Both the position numbers and the translations under genes were made by a program. Positions 1 to 10,577 of a stretch of DNA of 54,891 bases are shown here, in pieces. Below the pieces are notes generated by a model that searched no databases, was not told where the DNA came from, and was given only the letters and a program-made list of their open reading frames with translations. Origin of the DNA: Octopus bimaculoides. Taxonomy: Eukaryota. Positions within the stretch are counted from its first letter, which is position 1. Every line of letters starts with the position of its first letter. Location: NCBI RefSeq assembly GCF_001194135.2, contig NC_068993.1:26382299-26437189 (forward strand). The letters run 5' to 3'.

Positions 1-10
1 TGTGTGTGTG

Positions 11-657
11 TAATCAGAAAATGGAGAAAACTTTAGATCAACAAATCAATTGGACCACATCTGTGGATTATTTTTTAATACAAAACATGACATAACATTT
101 ATGTAACATTACAATTCTTACGGCCGTTTCTGCTTCCAAAGTCAGTCAGTGCCTACGAAAGAATTGTGAAAGTAATATTCATCATCTTCATAGGATATTC
201 AAACTAGTACATGGAGCTTCATCAGAGTGAATACAAAAGCATCCAAAAATTAAACAAAAGGAAGAGGGAATAGGAAAGAAAACATGGCCTAGAGAAGAAG
301 GCAGAGGGCCTAATATATTAAAATCATACCATCTTCCATCATAGGGCTTCAAAGTCAGTAGGCAAAAGAGTGATCTAGTAATGATCTAGGAAGAAAATGT
401 ATGGGTTATTTCCATATAAGGGGAGAACCAGGATGTTTTAAAAGTTATGAAAAGAAGTTAACAAAACAAAAATACAAGAAAATTACTAACATGTCTAGAA
501 AGAAAGCAGTACCTATGTTATAAATAGCGATAGCTGATATTTATCCAAAACAATACCTAGGGTTCTTATGATAGTGTACTTACTGAAATATTACAAAGAA
601 CACCACCTGTTGTCTGCAATGGAATAGACCGAAGTCTATTCATCTCTTCAATTGGTC
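11..657 (+). mobile_element. Copy 1 of an unclassified interspersed repeat ('family A'), probably the decayed 5' region of a LINE
   Basis: Collinear with the reverse complement of 9065-9690. Shared anchors: TAATCAGAAAATGGAGAAAAC, GGAGCTTCATCAGAGT, AGAAAACATGGCCTA, CCAGGAYGTTTTAAAA, TACTAACATG, CAATTGGTCA. LINE identity is inferred from the longer second copy. Confidence 0.6.
113..229 (-). ncRNA. Putative minimal type I hammerhead ribozyme motif (Penelope/retrozyme-like)
   Basis: Minus strand reads CT-CTGATGA-AGCTCC...GGAAGCA-GAAA-CGGCCG-TA-AG: both core boxes, an imperfect stem II with a long loop, a palindromic stem III and a GUA cleavage triplet. Stem I is only 2 bp. Confidence 0.45.
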
Positions 658-717
658 AATACCCATACCCATACCCATATCCCTTCGTCGGTTACTATAA
701 CCACTACTCTGCTTACC

Positions 718-1041
718 TTATATATACATGGCAGTGAAGCATGGGCCGTGACTGCTGAGGACATGCGTAAGCTCGCAAGGAATGAAGCCAGCATGCTCCG
801 ATGGATGAGTAATGTCAGTGTGCATACCCGACAGAGTGTAAGTATATTGGGAGAAAAGATGAACCTAAGAAGCATGAGTTGTGGTGTGCAAGAGAGACGA
901 TTGCGCTGGTTTGGACATGTGGCAAGAATGGATGAGGATAGCTGTGTGAAAAAGTGCCACACCCTAGCAGTTGAGGGAACCCGTGGAAAAGACAGGCCCA
1001 GGAAGACCTGGGATGAGGTGGTGAAGCACGACCTCCGAACT
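718..1041 (+). mobile_element. RTE-clade LINE, C-terminal part of the RT ORF (runs into gap)
   Basis: Translation HGSEAWAVTAEDMRKLARNEASMLRWMSNV...QERRLRWFGHVARMDEDSCVKKC...VEGTRGKDRPRKTWDEVVKHDL matches the RTE post-RT motifs (GSExW, MLRW, RRLRWFGHV, GRPRKTW). Confidence 0.85.
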
Positions 1042-1915
1042 NNNNNNNNNNNNNNNNNNNNNNNNNNNNNNNNNNNNNNNNNNNNNNNNNNNNNNNNNNN
1101 NNNNNNNNNNNNNNNNNNNNNNNNNNNNNNNNNNNNNNNNNNNNNNNNNNNNNNNNNNNNNNNNNNNNNNNNNNNNNNNNNNNNNNNNNNNNNNNNNNNN
1201 NNNNNNNNNNNNNNNNNNNNNNNNNNNNNNNNNNNNNNNNNNNNNNNNNNNNNNNNNNNNNNNNNNNNNNNNNNNNNNNNNNNNNNNNNNNNNNNNNNNN
1301 NNNNNNNNNNNNNNNNNNNNNNNNNNNNNNNNNNNNNNNNNNNNNNNNNNNNNNNNNNNNNNNNNNNNNNNNNNNNNNNNNNNNNNNNNNNNNNNNNNNN
1401 NNNNNNNNNNNNNNNNNNNNNNNNNNNNNNNNNNNNNNNNNNNNNNNNNNNNNNNNNNNNNNNNNNNNNNNNNNNNNNNNNNNNNNNNNNNNNNNNNNNN
1501 NNNNNNNNNNNNNNNNNNNNNNNNNNNNNNNNNNNNNNNNNNNNNNNNNNNNNNNNNNNNNNNNNNNNNNNNNNNNNNNNNNNNNNNNNNNNNNNNNNNN
1601 NNNNNNNNNNNNNNNNNNNNNNNNNNNNNNNNNNNNNNNNNNNNNNNNNNNNNNNNNNNNNNNNNNNNNNNNNNNNNNNNNNNNNNNNNNNNNNNNNNNN
1701 NNNNNNNNNNNNNNNNNNNNNNNNNNNNNNNNNNNNNNNNNNNNNNNNNNNNNNNNNNNNNNNNNNNNNNNNNNNNNNNNNNNNNNNNNNNNNNNNNNNN
1801 NNNNNNNNNNNNNNNNNNNNNNNNNNNNNNNNNNNNNNNNNNNNNNNNNNNNNNNNNNNNNNNNNNNNNNNNNNNNNNNNNNNNNNNNNNNNNNNNNNNN
1901 NNNNNNNNNNNNNNN
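1042..1915. other. Assembly gap (largest N-run); other gaps at 3105-3500, 21618-21996, 25900-26178, 28694-28758, 30188-30197, 31421-31430, 44267-44504, 47358-47367, 51716-51808, 52895-53280
   Basis: Runs of N, most of them adjacent to simple repeats. Confidence 0.98.

Positions 1916-1965
<50 letters not shown>
1916..1965. repeat. (GATA)n microsatellite
   Basis: Direct reading. Confidence 0.95.
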
Positions 1966-1966
<1 letters not shown>

Positions 1967-2009
1967 TAAGACATGCAGACAGACAGGCAGACAGACATAT
2001 TATCCTTTA

Positions 2010-2930
2010 CCAAGAATTGTATTGACAGTGACTTTGAAGTTTTAGACAGCTAAGCCATCATCAGACTGTGATGCCTTAAGTTTATTTTGGCTTTAGACAG
2101 TCTCTGTTAAGATAAGTTTTATTAGCATTTGTGGGGTTCAGTTAAATGGTAATTAGGTTGTAGGATGTGTTGTAATGGAGAGATGTTGTGGAGACAGTTT
2201 TATTGATTAAATTTTTGGTTATGTTATTGTTCAGAATCTATTCATGCATGTAGAACTTTGTAAACAGGTGTGTATATCAAGGTATGTCAGCTTCAAGTCC
2301 TGGGATTCTTTTTTACTGGTTCACAAAAAAGAAAAAAGAATTAGGTAGGTTAAGGAAGTATTTTGATCTGGGGTTATGGCAATAGATTTAGCTATTTTTG
2401 GCTTCATTGGATTTAATCCTTTGCTTTAGCAATGTAAATGTAAAAGTTCAAAGTTTAGTGCAACATTTAGAAACTTAGTAAATGGTTGTGTCAGCTTTTG
2501 CTTTTTTTTGTTTTTTTGGTAATGGAATTTTTAAGGGTTCACAAAGAATGTAAGTAGATGATATATTTAAGCTGGTCAGTAAGTTTCTTTACTTGCTGTT
2601 GATGGTATATAGAGTATTTCCTGTTTGTATTTGGTAGATGAAGGTTATTAGTTGAGCATGTCATGGTGTTATCAGTATAGAATTTGCTTATTTTATGTTT
2701 AGATGTTCACAATAAGATGTAGGTAAATGCAAAGGTTGTTAGTCTGTATATTTCTCTTTAGGTGTTCATTGTTCTATAAGCAATTTGATGAATATGTAGA
2801 AATTTTAACTGTTGTGCTTTATGGAGGTAAGGTTTGTTGGCTATATATATTCATAAACATTTCACCAATTCTGTTTCAGATGTGAGTATTTCACAATATA
2901 TATTAGCCCTATGGATATATGTGAAAGTGT
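2010..2930 (-). mobile_element. Heavily decayed I/Jockey-like LINE RT remnant
   Basis: Minus strand has FYTDNTMT (YADD-like) downstream of a GVPQG/LFNIY-like stretch, loosely collinear with the better-preserved copy at 41560-43430. Many stops. Confidence 0.4.
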
Positions 2931-3029
2931 GTATATACTCATGTAAAAAATAAAAATAAAAATAAAATTAAGTTTTTAAAATTGATTTAAATATTAAAAA
3001 TTTTTTTTAATTAAATATATATATATATA

Positions 3030-3104
3030 TATCATCATCACTATCATTGTTTAATATACGCCTTCTATGCATGGGTAGGATGGTTTGACAAGAGCTGGCC
3101 AGGC
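3030..3104 (-). mobile_element. 3' end of an RTE-type LINE or RTE-tailed SINE with (GAT)n tail
   Basis: ATCATCATC...GTTTAAT..CGCCTTCTATGCATGGGTAGGATGGTTTGAC is the reverse complement of the tail seen at 44150-44210 and 25450-25515. Confidence 0.6.
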
Positions 3105-4789
3105 NNNNNNNNNNNNNNNNNNNNNNNNNNNNNNNNNNNNNNNNNNNNNNNNNNNNNNNNNNNNNNNNNNNNNNNNNNNNNNNNNNNNNNNNNNNNNNNN
3201 NNNNNNNNNNNNNNNNNNNNNNNNNNNNNNNNNNNNNNNNNNNNNNNNNNNNNNNNNNNNNNNNNNNNNNNNNNNNNNNNNNNNNNNNNNNNNNNNNNNN
3301 NNNNNNNNNNNNNNNNNNNNNNNNNNNNNNNNNNNNNNNNNNNNNNNNNNNNNNNNNNNNNNNNNNNNNNNNNNNNNNNNNNNNNNNNNNNNNNNNNNNN
3401 NNNNNNNNNNNNNNNNNNNNNNNNNNNNNNNNNNNNNNNNNNNNNNNNNNNNNNNNNNNNNNNNNNNNNNNNNNNNNNNNNNNNNNNNNNNNNNNNNNNN
3501 TTACATTGCATGAGAGCATCTTAGTCAGCCTATGAACTTTTCAGCAAACTCTCAAATTTCAGTTTTTAGATATTGTGTTAGAAAGAAAGAGTTTATATGT
3601 AGCTGACTCTAAACAAATTTAGTTTGGAAAATGAGTGATGACTACCCTCCTTGATAGTTCGGAGGCTTGTACCACAAGACAGCTAGTCTGCTGCAGCTGC
3701 TGGTGCTGAAACTAACATGACTCTGTTGGAAGGTAGGTCTAGAGAGGGTGCAGGCTAAAACTACAAGCCCTTCCCCTCCATTGGTCAGTTGAAGCTGAGA
3801 TTATGTCACATGACAGTTAGATGGTACCGGCTGCTGGAACCGACCAGCAAGTATTTAAAGGGTACTTTACCAGGGTGGCCATTTGTCCACTGACATTCAT
3901 TGATGCCTGCATCAGGAAACCAAAGAAAAAAGAAAAAAATCACACTCAACACCAGAGCTGAAGACACCTCTGAAAGGGTAGGGTCCTGCCACATCAAAAA
4001 CAGTAGAGGAGTAGGGACCAAAACCAGATGTGCTTCCTCCTGATGATGTCCTTAGCCACTGGATCTTATGAAGGAACTGTTGAGGTAGTGAACCATGAAA
4101 CATGGTTGGAATTCCTCCTCCAAATGTTTTATCCATGAAAATATTGACTTCTTTTGCCTACACTAAAATCGAGTCTAAGCACTTTTTAAAAAGGAAATTT
4201 TATTCTTGATAAGGTTAGAGATAAAAATGTGTTATTGTGCTTGGAGTCAAGAATGTTGACTCCAAGTGATATGAATTCAAGGCAGTGGGACTCACAATGA
4301 GGATGAAGAATTAGCTTGATAGAAGTTTAACTTCCATTTGGTGAGATAAAATCTTTGAATTGAAATGATCTGCCAAAGTTAGAAAAGGCAAATTTCCCCC
4401 CAAATTCTACTCTCTTGTCTTAAAAAGAGTTGACAATATAGTCATCCTTCCATTTTCCCTCTTCTTCCACATATTCAAATATAAGGAAATAATTTCTTAC
4501 ATAATTACAATGTTTTATATATCTATGGGGAAATGGAAAAGATCGAGTGACATTAAAATTTTACTCAAAGACATTAACACGACCTCGACTGAAGTGAAAA
4601 ACCTTACAACAGGGAAAGGAGGACATCAAGTTTTGTTCACTGACCTCATTAACCTTTAATGTCGATTAGAAAAGCAACTTCAACAAAATAAATAAAAACA
4701 GCTTTTAAATAACTTGCTGAGAAAGATACAAATGCCCTTTTATTTAAAATACAAACAACTATGTGTATATGTACAATATATGTACACAT

Positions 4790-4860
4790 ATGTATGTACA
4801 CACACACACACAGACACACACGCATACACACATATGCATATATATATGTATATACATGTA

Positions 4861-4920
<60 letters not shown>
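4790..4920. repeat. Compound (CA)n/(TA)n microsatellite
   Basis: Direct reading. Confidence 0.9.
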
Positions 4921-5090
4921 AGGTTGTGTAGTAAGAAGTTTGCTTCCCAACATCATGACTCAGGGTTCAGTCCCACCTTGAGTAAGCATCTTCTACTATA
5001 GCCTCTCAGACTGACTAAAACCTAGTGAGTGGATCAGGTAGTCAGAAACTAAATCAAGTCCATTGTATATGTGTATGAAAGAGAGGGAAG
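4921..5090 (+). mobile_element. tRNA-derived SINE, family S1 (CORE-like), degenerate 5' half
   Basis: GGTTGTGTAGTAAGAAGTTTGCTTCCCAA...GGTTCAGTCCCACCTTG...CTTCTACTATAGCC matches the fuller copy at 23808. Confidence 0.75.
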
Positions 5091-5347
5091 GAGAAAGAAA
5101 GAGTGTATGTGCGTGTGTGTGTGTGTGTGTGTGTTTGTGTCTCCTTGTGATAATGTATAATAGTTGACCAATGATTGTCATCATCATACAAATGCCATTC
5201 GTTTCTAATATTCTGCAAGAACGTGTCTGACTTTGGGGAAGCCCTAGTAAGGGTGAAACTCAGAGTAGGCTATCAACTTTGATACATTAGATAGATACAT
5301 ACATACACACGCATGCGCATGCACACACACACACACACACACACACA

Positions 5348-5490
5348 TGATGGACTTCTGTACAGTCTTTGTCAGACAGTTTTACTTCCAGGGTATTGTA
5401 GAAGACACTTGCCTAAATTGTCATGCTGTGGGATAGAACTAAAAGCCACATGGTTATGAAGTGCAATTCACTAACATGTCATCAAGCTTG
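5348..5490 (-). mobile_element. SINE family S1, degenerate 5' half
   Basis: GTAGAAGACACTTGCC...GGGATAGAAC...CACATGGTT is the reverse complement of the S1 head. Confidence 0.7.
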
Positions 5491-5515
5491 CATATGTAAA
5501 TGTGTGTGTGTGTGT

Positions 5516-5565
<50 letters not shown>

Positions 5566-6026
5566 GCATATATACATGTATATATCATGTGCATATTGGT
5601 GTGTTTGGAAAGTCATTACATATTTCTCTGCTTCACATCATATGAGAAGAAACTAATGCATGCCATTTATAGAATATATGAAAGTTTAACTCTTTGGAAC
5701 AGAAACAAAATTTTAAAAAGCAACATATCAACCATTGCTTGGATTTCAAAATAGTAATAAAGAGACAGAGGTAATAATAAAAAGGCAGAGGAAATAAAAA
5801 ATATTTCATAGAGTATAGCCTGATTGAAGCAAAGAAGGCTCATAAATGGCAGCTTTTGTCTCAGAAATTTAGAAACAGTGATTACAGTCTCAGCACTAAG
5901 TCTTGTATTATGTTCATCTATTCATCAACAACTTAAGTGAATTAAGAAAAATATCAAGAAAGGTTTTGGCTTCTTCTAACTTAAGAAACCGATTCAATAT
6001 TCCACCATCTGCAGCAGTCTCTAGAG

Positions 6027-6230
6027 CAGAGGTGGGGAATCTGCAGCCTTCAAGGCCATTGTGTGCAGCCTTCTGAATGCTACCAGATTACATAAGCAAA
6101 ATTACTTATTTTTATTAATATTTTAGCAGTCTGTGGCAAAATCTGAAAATAATGTTACAGAAGCAACTTATAAAGTTGCTTATATACTGGGGAAAAAAAG
6201 GTATGCTTTTCAGTGATGTAGAAATTAGCT
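6027..6230 (+). mobile_element. hAT (Charlie/SPIN-type) DNA transposon fragment, internally deleted
   Basis: TIR-like CAGAGGTGGGGAATCTGCAGCC follows the Charlie-type target CTCTAGAG (6019-6026). 6127-6226 encodes SENNVTEATYKVAYILGKK(fs)..FSD.E, like SPIN/GTF2IRD2-type transposases. Confidence 0.7.
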
Positions 6231-6239
6231 AATTCATGA

Positions 6240-6590
6240 TGAGAACATGTGTAAACCAAACCACATATGTGCATATGCTTACATCTTCATGGGTGCTTGT
6301 TTGAGTGAGTGTACATGTGCTCTGCAGCTTATGCAAGATGTTTATACATCCATATCTGTGAATGGTTATTTTTAATACTTTACTTGCTGTATTGTGTGTT
6401 CATTTCTTTTTTGCATCTGTTATTTTATTTTTGATCTTTTATATAAATGAAGATATATCCTTTAATTTGCTGCTTTTCATTACATGAAATGAGGAGATAC
6501 ATTGCAGAACTGTTATTTCAACAAGTTGTATCTGTTTATCACCTGAAGAGACACATCTGCGCTGTTGAATGCTCCTGAACCAGTTGTTAA
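6240..6590 (+). mobile_element. Penelope-like terminal (pLTR/3' UTR) segment
   Basis: 6245-6440 is a clear paralogue of 45820-46020, which directly follows a GIY-YIG ORF (shared TACATCTTCATGG..GCTTGT.TGAGTGAGTGTACATG, TTTATACATCCATATCTGT.AATGGTTATTTTTAATACTT). Confidence 0.6.
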
Positions 6591-7779
6591 GTATCCCACT
6601 TGTAATAGTGAGTTTGTGTGATAGTATGGGTGATGGTGGCTGTGGTGGTGGTGGTAATGGTGGTATATGGGGAGGACAAGGAGGAGGAAGTTGCTTCATA
6701 GCTGCTGTAGTAGTGGCTCTTTTTTGAGAACCAAATATCTGATGAAATTATTGTTCACAAAAGCATTTAATATTTTAAAAACAAATTAATTAAGAAATCA
6801 ATTAAACATCAAAAACCTTTGTTGATGTTTGTTTAAAGACAATTATAGTGGTATGGATATATAATTATGTGTATAAATGAAGTATACAAGGTAGATAATG
6901 GTCATGACTGAAGTGGACTGTGTAGATCAGGTGTGAGAGAGAGAGTATTGAGCAACACAGATGAAACGACACAGCTTTGAAATGCCCACAGAAACAATAA
7001 TAGATCTCTCTAACTCATTCTAGCATAGGAAATATATATTCTAAGATGATGGCGACAATGATGACTATGATGATGATGGTGATGATGACGGTAGTGGTTG
7101 TTGTTGTGGTGATAATGATAATAATGATGTGACGGAGGAGGGCAGCCAGAAAGTTAGGAGGAAGAGAGGTAGATTCAGCCATATCTTCCTTTTCCCAAAT
7201 GTGCTTATTATATCTGGTTGTTTTGGTGATGATAATGTGGAATGTGCGTGTGTGCGCGTGTGTGTGTGTCTGTGCGCGCGTGTGTGTGTGTGTGTAAGTG
7301 TGTGTGTGTGCAAGTGTGTGTGTGTATGCAAGTGTGTGTGTGTGCAATTGTGTGTGTGTGCAAGTATGAGGTATTTGTGCATATATAACATACACGCACA
7401 TTCTATATTATCATCAGCATCACCATACATGCATAGTAGATGATCAAATGATCAAACCAGGGTCACATGAGCTTAGACCCCATGTATAAGGGTGGGGTTG
7501 GAGTCATAGATGGTTACTAATACAATTTAAATCAAATGAATAGTGGGATTTTGTGAAAGAGTAATGATAACAAGGATCAATAACACCCCTATCATCATTC
7601 ACAGCCCAGTCCTTTCACTATGAAGCATTTCTTTTGTCATACCACAAATGCATTTTGCAAAAGCAGTGGAGGTTTGTTAATTTGTTTTTTGTTGATATAT
7701 ATATACACACACACACACACACATATATATAGATATACGTACATATATAAATATATATGTATGTATATGTATGTATATG

Positions 7780-7818
<39 letters not shown>

Positions 7819-7859
7819 GCCTGCACAAAGGGAGATCTATTTTCGATAAATATAAATAA

Positions 7860-9690
7860 CATTAGGAATACTTATACTACCCCATAATAGTACTTATAAC
7901 CCCACAGCATACAAATAGTGGCCCCTGATAGTTTAATGCAGGTTATATTATAGTTGGTCTTGTTCTCCTTTTATAGTTGGTCTTGTTAGAAAAACCGAGG
8001 CTCTTGTAGGTAATCAAATAACCAACTCCTCTTACCCTTTTCCAAAGTTTTAAATGTTACCCCCACCCATATCTATAACCTATTTCTTATACGAACTAAC
8101 CTTTCCCCCTTTTTATCATCACCTAACCCCTTGTATTATGCCTTTTATTTCTATCATAACTGATCCGAGAACACAAAAGTCTTAGGTTTTCTACCATATG
8201 GTCTTTTACCCCTATAACCACTTCAAATCTTAAATCTTATTTAAATTTCAATTTTAGCTTTTCCCACTTTGCCAGCTTTCTTTACCCTCTAGCACTTTTT
8301 ATACCATGGATGCATTCATCAGCACTTGCCAGAATTGTATTCTATGTTCACCAGTATTTTTTGCACTCACTTGGAGTCAATATACCTTTGTTTATAATTT
8401 CAATGATTAGATTCAATTGGTATTTCTTTCTTATCTTAGGATATTTGTTATTGCTTTTTAAGCATGTTTAGTAAATTGTTTGATTTAAGGTAACTTTTCT
8501 TATAGTACTAATCTGCCTGAAGACCTAGTATTAATTGGACCCATATAATGTCAATATACTCTTTCAAATTGTTTTATAATAATAGGAACTATATAACTTT
8601 AATGACTGTGTAATACTTATTAAGCACCGTGACAACTAGGGAGTTTTGTTATTTGATAATATTTCAACATGTGATTTGGCCTTAAATATTATCCACCTAA
8701 TTGTATTTGCCTTTTTATTTGTGCATTGTAGAGTACCTATAAGATGGTTTTTTCTTGCATACCTGTATATATCTAATTATTACCACAATTCGCTATATAC
8801 AAGGTCAAGCCCAATTTCATTTCTTAGTAGCTTTAATTGAATCTGCTGAATTACCAGTACTAGTTGCCTCCCCTTAACCACAATCTCATGGATTCCTTCA
8901 CTCTTCCCTCATGCATGTTATAACATTAAGATGCTGAAGAACATAAATGGCCCCACACCAACTATTCATTGACTTCTCCCCTGGAACTTTTTTCTTTTCT
9001 TGTTTATTTTATAAACAAATCCTTTGTAATGGTTTTAACTTGTGACCTTGGTTCACATAGCAACTGACCAATTGTAGAGACTCCTAGACTTAGACTTGCC
9101 CTATTGTGGACCATAGGTGGGATTCTTGGTATTAATTTCTGTGAGTAAATGTTTCTTAAGCACCCTACGGTAATTGTTTACTTTTACTTGAGTTTACTCC
9201 ATCAGCATAGGTACCACCCCTTGATAATCATGTTAGTATTTTCCTTATATACATTTTCTTGATAACTTCTTTTTTAAAACGTCCTGGCCCCCATCCCTTC
9301 AATTTACACCTAGCCATTAATAAATTGTAGTATTCCCTAGACTATACTCTTTTACCTAGGGGCCCTGTAACCCCTTGATGGTAAATTATATGCTTTTAAC
9401 ATATTGGGCTTCTAGACTTTTTTTAGGCCATGTTTTCTTTCTTTTCCATTCTTCCCTTTGTTTATATTGTATGCTCTTGTTTCTTTACTCTGATGAAGCT
9501 CCGTTGCCTTAATTCAAATGCCCTATGAAAATGAAGAACTTTATTCTCACATTTATTTATAGACAGTATTTTGGTAACCGATCAGAAATGGTTGTAAGAT
9601 ATGCTATTTTGTTATGTCAAAAAAAATAAGGTATAAATGTGGTCCAGTCGATGTGTTTGTTAATTTAAGGTTTTCTCCATTTTCTGATTA
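7860..9690 (-). mobile_element. Copy 2 of 'family A': decayed LINE 5' region with possible zinc-knuckle and APE-endonuclease remnants
   Basis: Homologous to 11-657. Frameshifted minus-strand remnants resemble a CxxCGxPGHF knuckle (about 9270-9310) and APE motifs (LDIYGMQE about 8750-8780, TVIxxYS about 8590-8615). Many stops; clade unassigned. Confidence 0.4.
9488..9600 (+). ncRNA. Decayed paralogue of the hammerhead motif at 113-229
   Basis: CTGATGA at 9490-9496 followed by AGCTCC; GAAA-TGGTTG-TA-AG at 9585-9598, i.e. C>T decay of GAAA-CGGCCG-TA. Confidence 0.35.
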
Positions 9691-10343
9691 TTTGCATTGG
9701 TTCCTGATAAACTCTTCTTTATCCTGTAGTTACCTGTAATCTACGTGCATGGTGTGCCTGCACACCAATGTCCAAGGATAATATGGGTAATGGATACCGA
9801 TAGTATAAACGAATATTTTATCCCTTAGTCGGTTATTATAACTGCTAACTGGTTACACTTTATATATATATCATTGTCCAACCCCTGTCCAATGTTTGTT
9901 CAAACTTTGTACAATCCCTGTATATTACTGGTATGATGTGGAAAACTTGGTCAACCTTATACTCGAAACAGTTGCAAGAGTTTAGTATTTTTCCACCCAT
10001 TTATTCTTATTCATTTATTTATTTTTATCTATCTATTTATTGTTTATTTGCTTATTTCATTTGTTTATTTTGATTACTTATATATATGATTGTAATCAAT
10101 AAATAAATAGATTTAAATGAATGTTTACAGGCTGATGTTTGTTGATTGATTATCCTTTCCATTTTCTTATTTGCCTAATAAATTCTGGGGAAATTTCTGT
10201 TTTACCCTCACTCATACCTAGTATTCAATTGTGATGCCACCCTGCAATAGTAAGCACTTGAATATAAATACGGGGCTATACATCCAGTAGTATATTGGAT
10301 GTTTATTATCCCTTAGATGGTTGCTTAACCTCTGACTCATACA

Positions 10344-10347
<4 letters not shown>

Positions 10348-10410
<63 letters not shown>
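10348..10410. repeat. (TA)n microsatellite
   Basis: Direct reading. Confidence 0.95.
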
Positions 10411-10415
<5 letters not shown>

Positions 10416-10499
10416 CATACATATACGGCTGAAGGGAAAGAATAGATAGTTATATACTACACATATTTGTAAAGACTCACCAAACAAACATTACCTAAC

Positions 10500-10577
10500 T
10501 TCAAGGTGCTACATACATGTTCAGTGTTTGCAGAAAAGTATCCTGAAGGAACATTGAACACTTACGTAGCACCTGAA
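10500..10577. ncRNA. Pre-miRNA-like hairpin (candidate)
   Basis: Arms TTCAAGGTGCTACATACATGTTCAGTGTT (10500-10528) and AACATTGAACACTTACGTAGCACCTGAA (10550-10577) form about 25 pairs with 3 mismatches and 1 bulge around a 21-nt loop. No expression evidence. Confidence 0.35.

Noticed and set aside
652-2013. Long ORFs (424 aa, 349 aa) and all other ORFs full of X
   Set aside because: They read through N-gaps; only the RTE portion (718-1041) is real coding signal.
4560-4660. Exon-like CpG-containing patch
   Set aside because: Splice sites are weak, the frames are short and no homology is recognised.
4649-5001. His/Thr-, Cys/Val- and Tyr/Ile-repeat ORFs here and throughout the window
   Set aside because: Translations of (CA)n, (GT)n, (TA)n and (CATA)n microsatellites.
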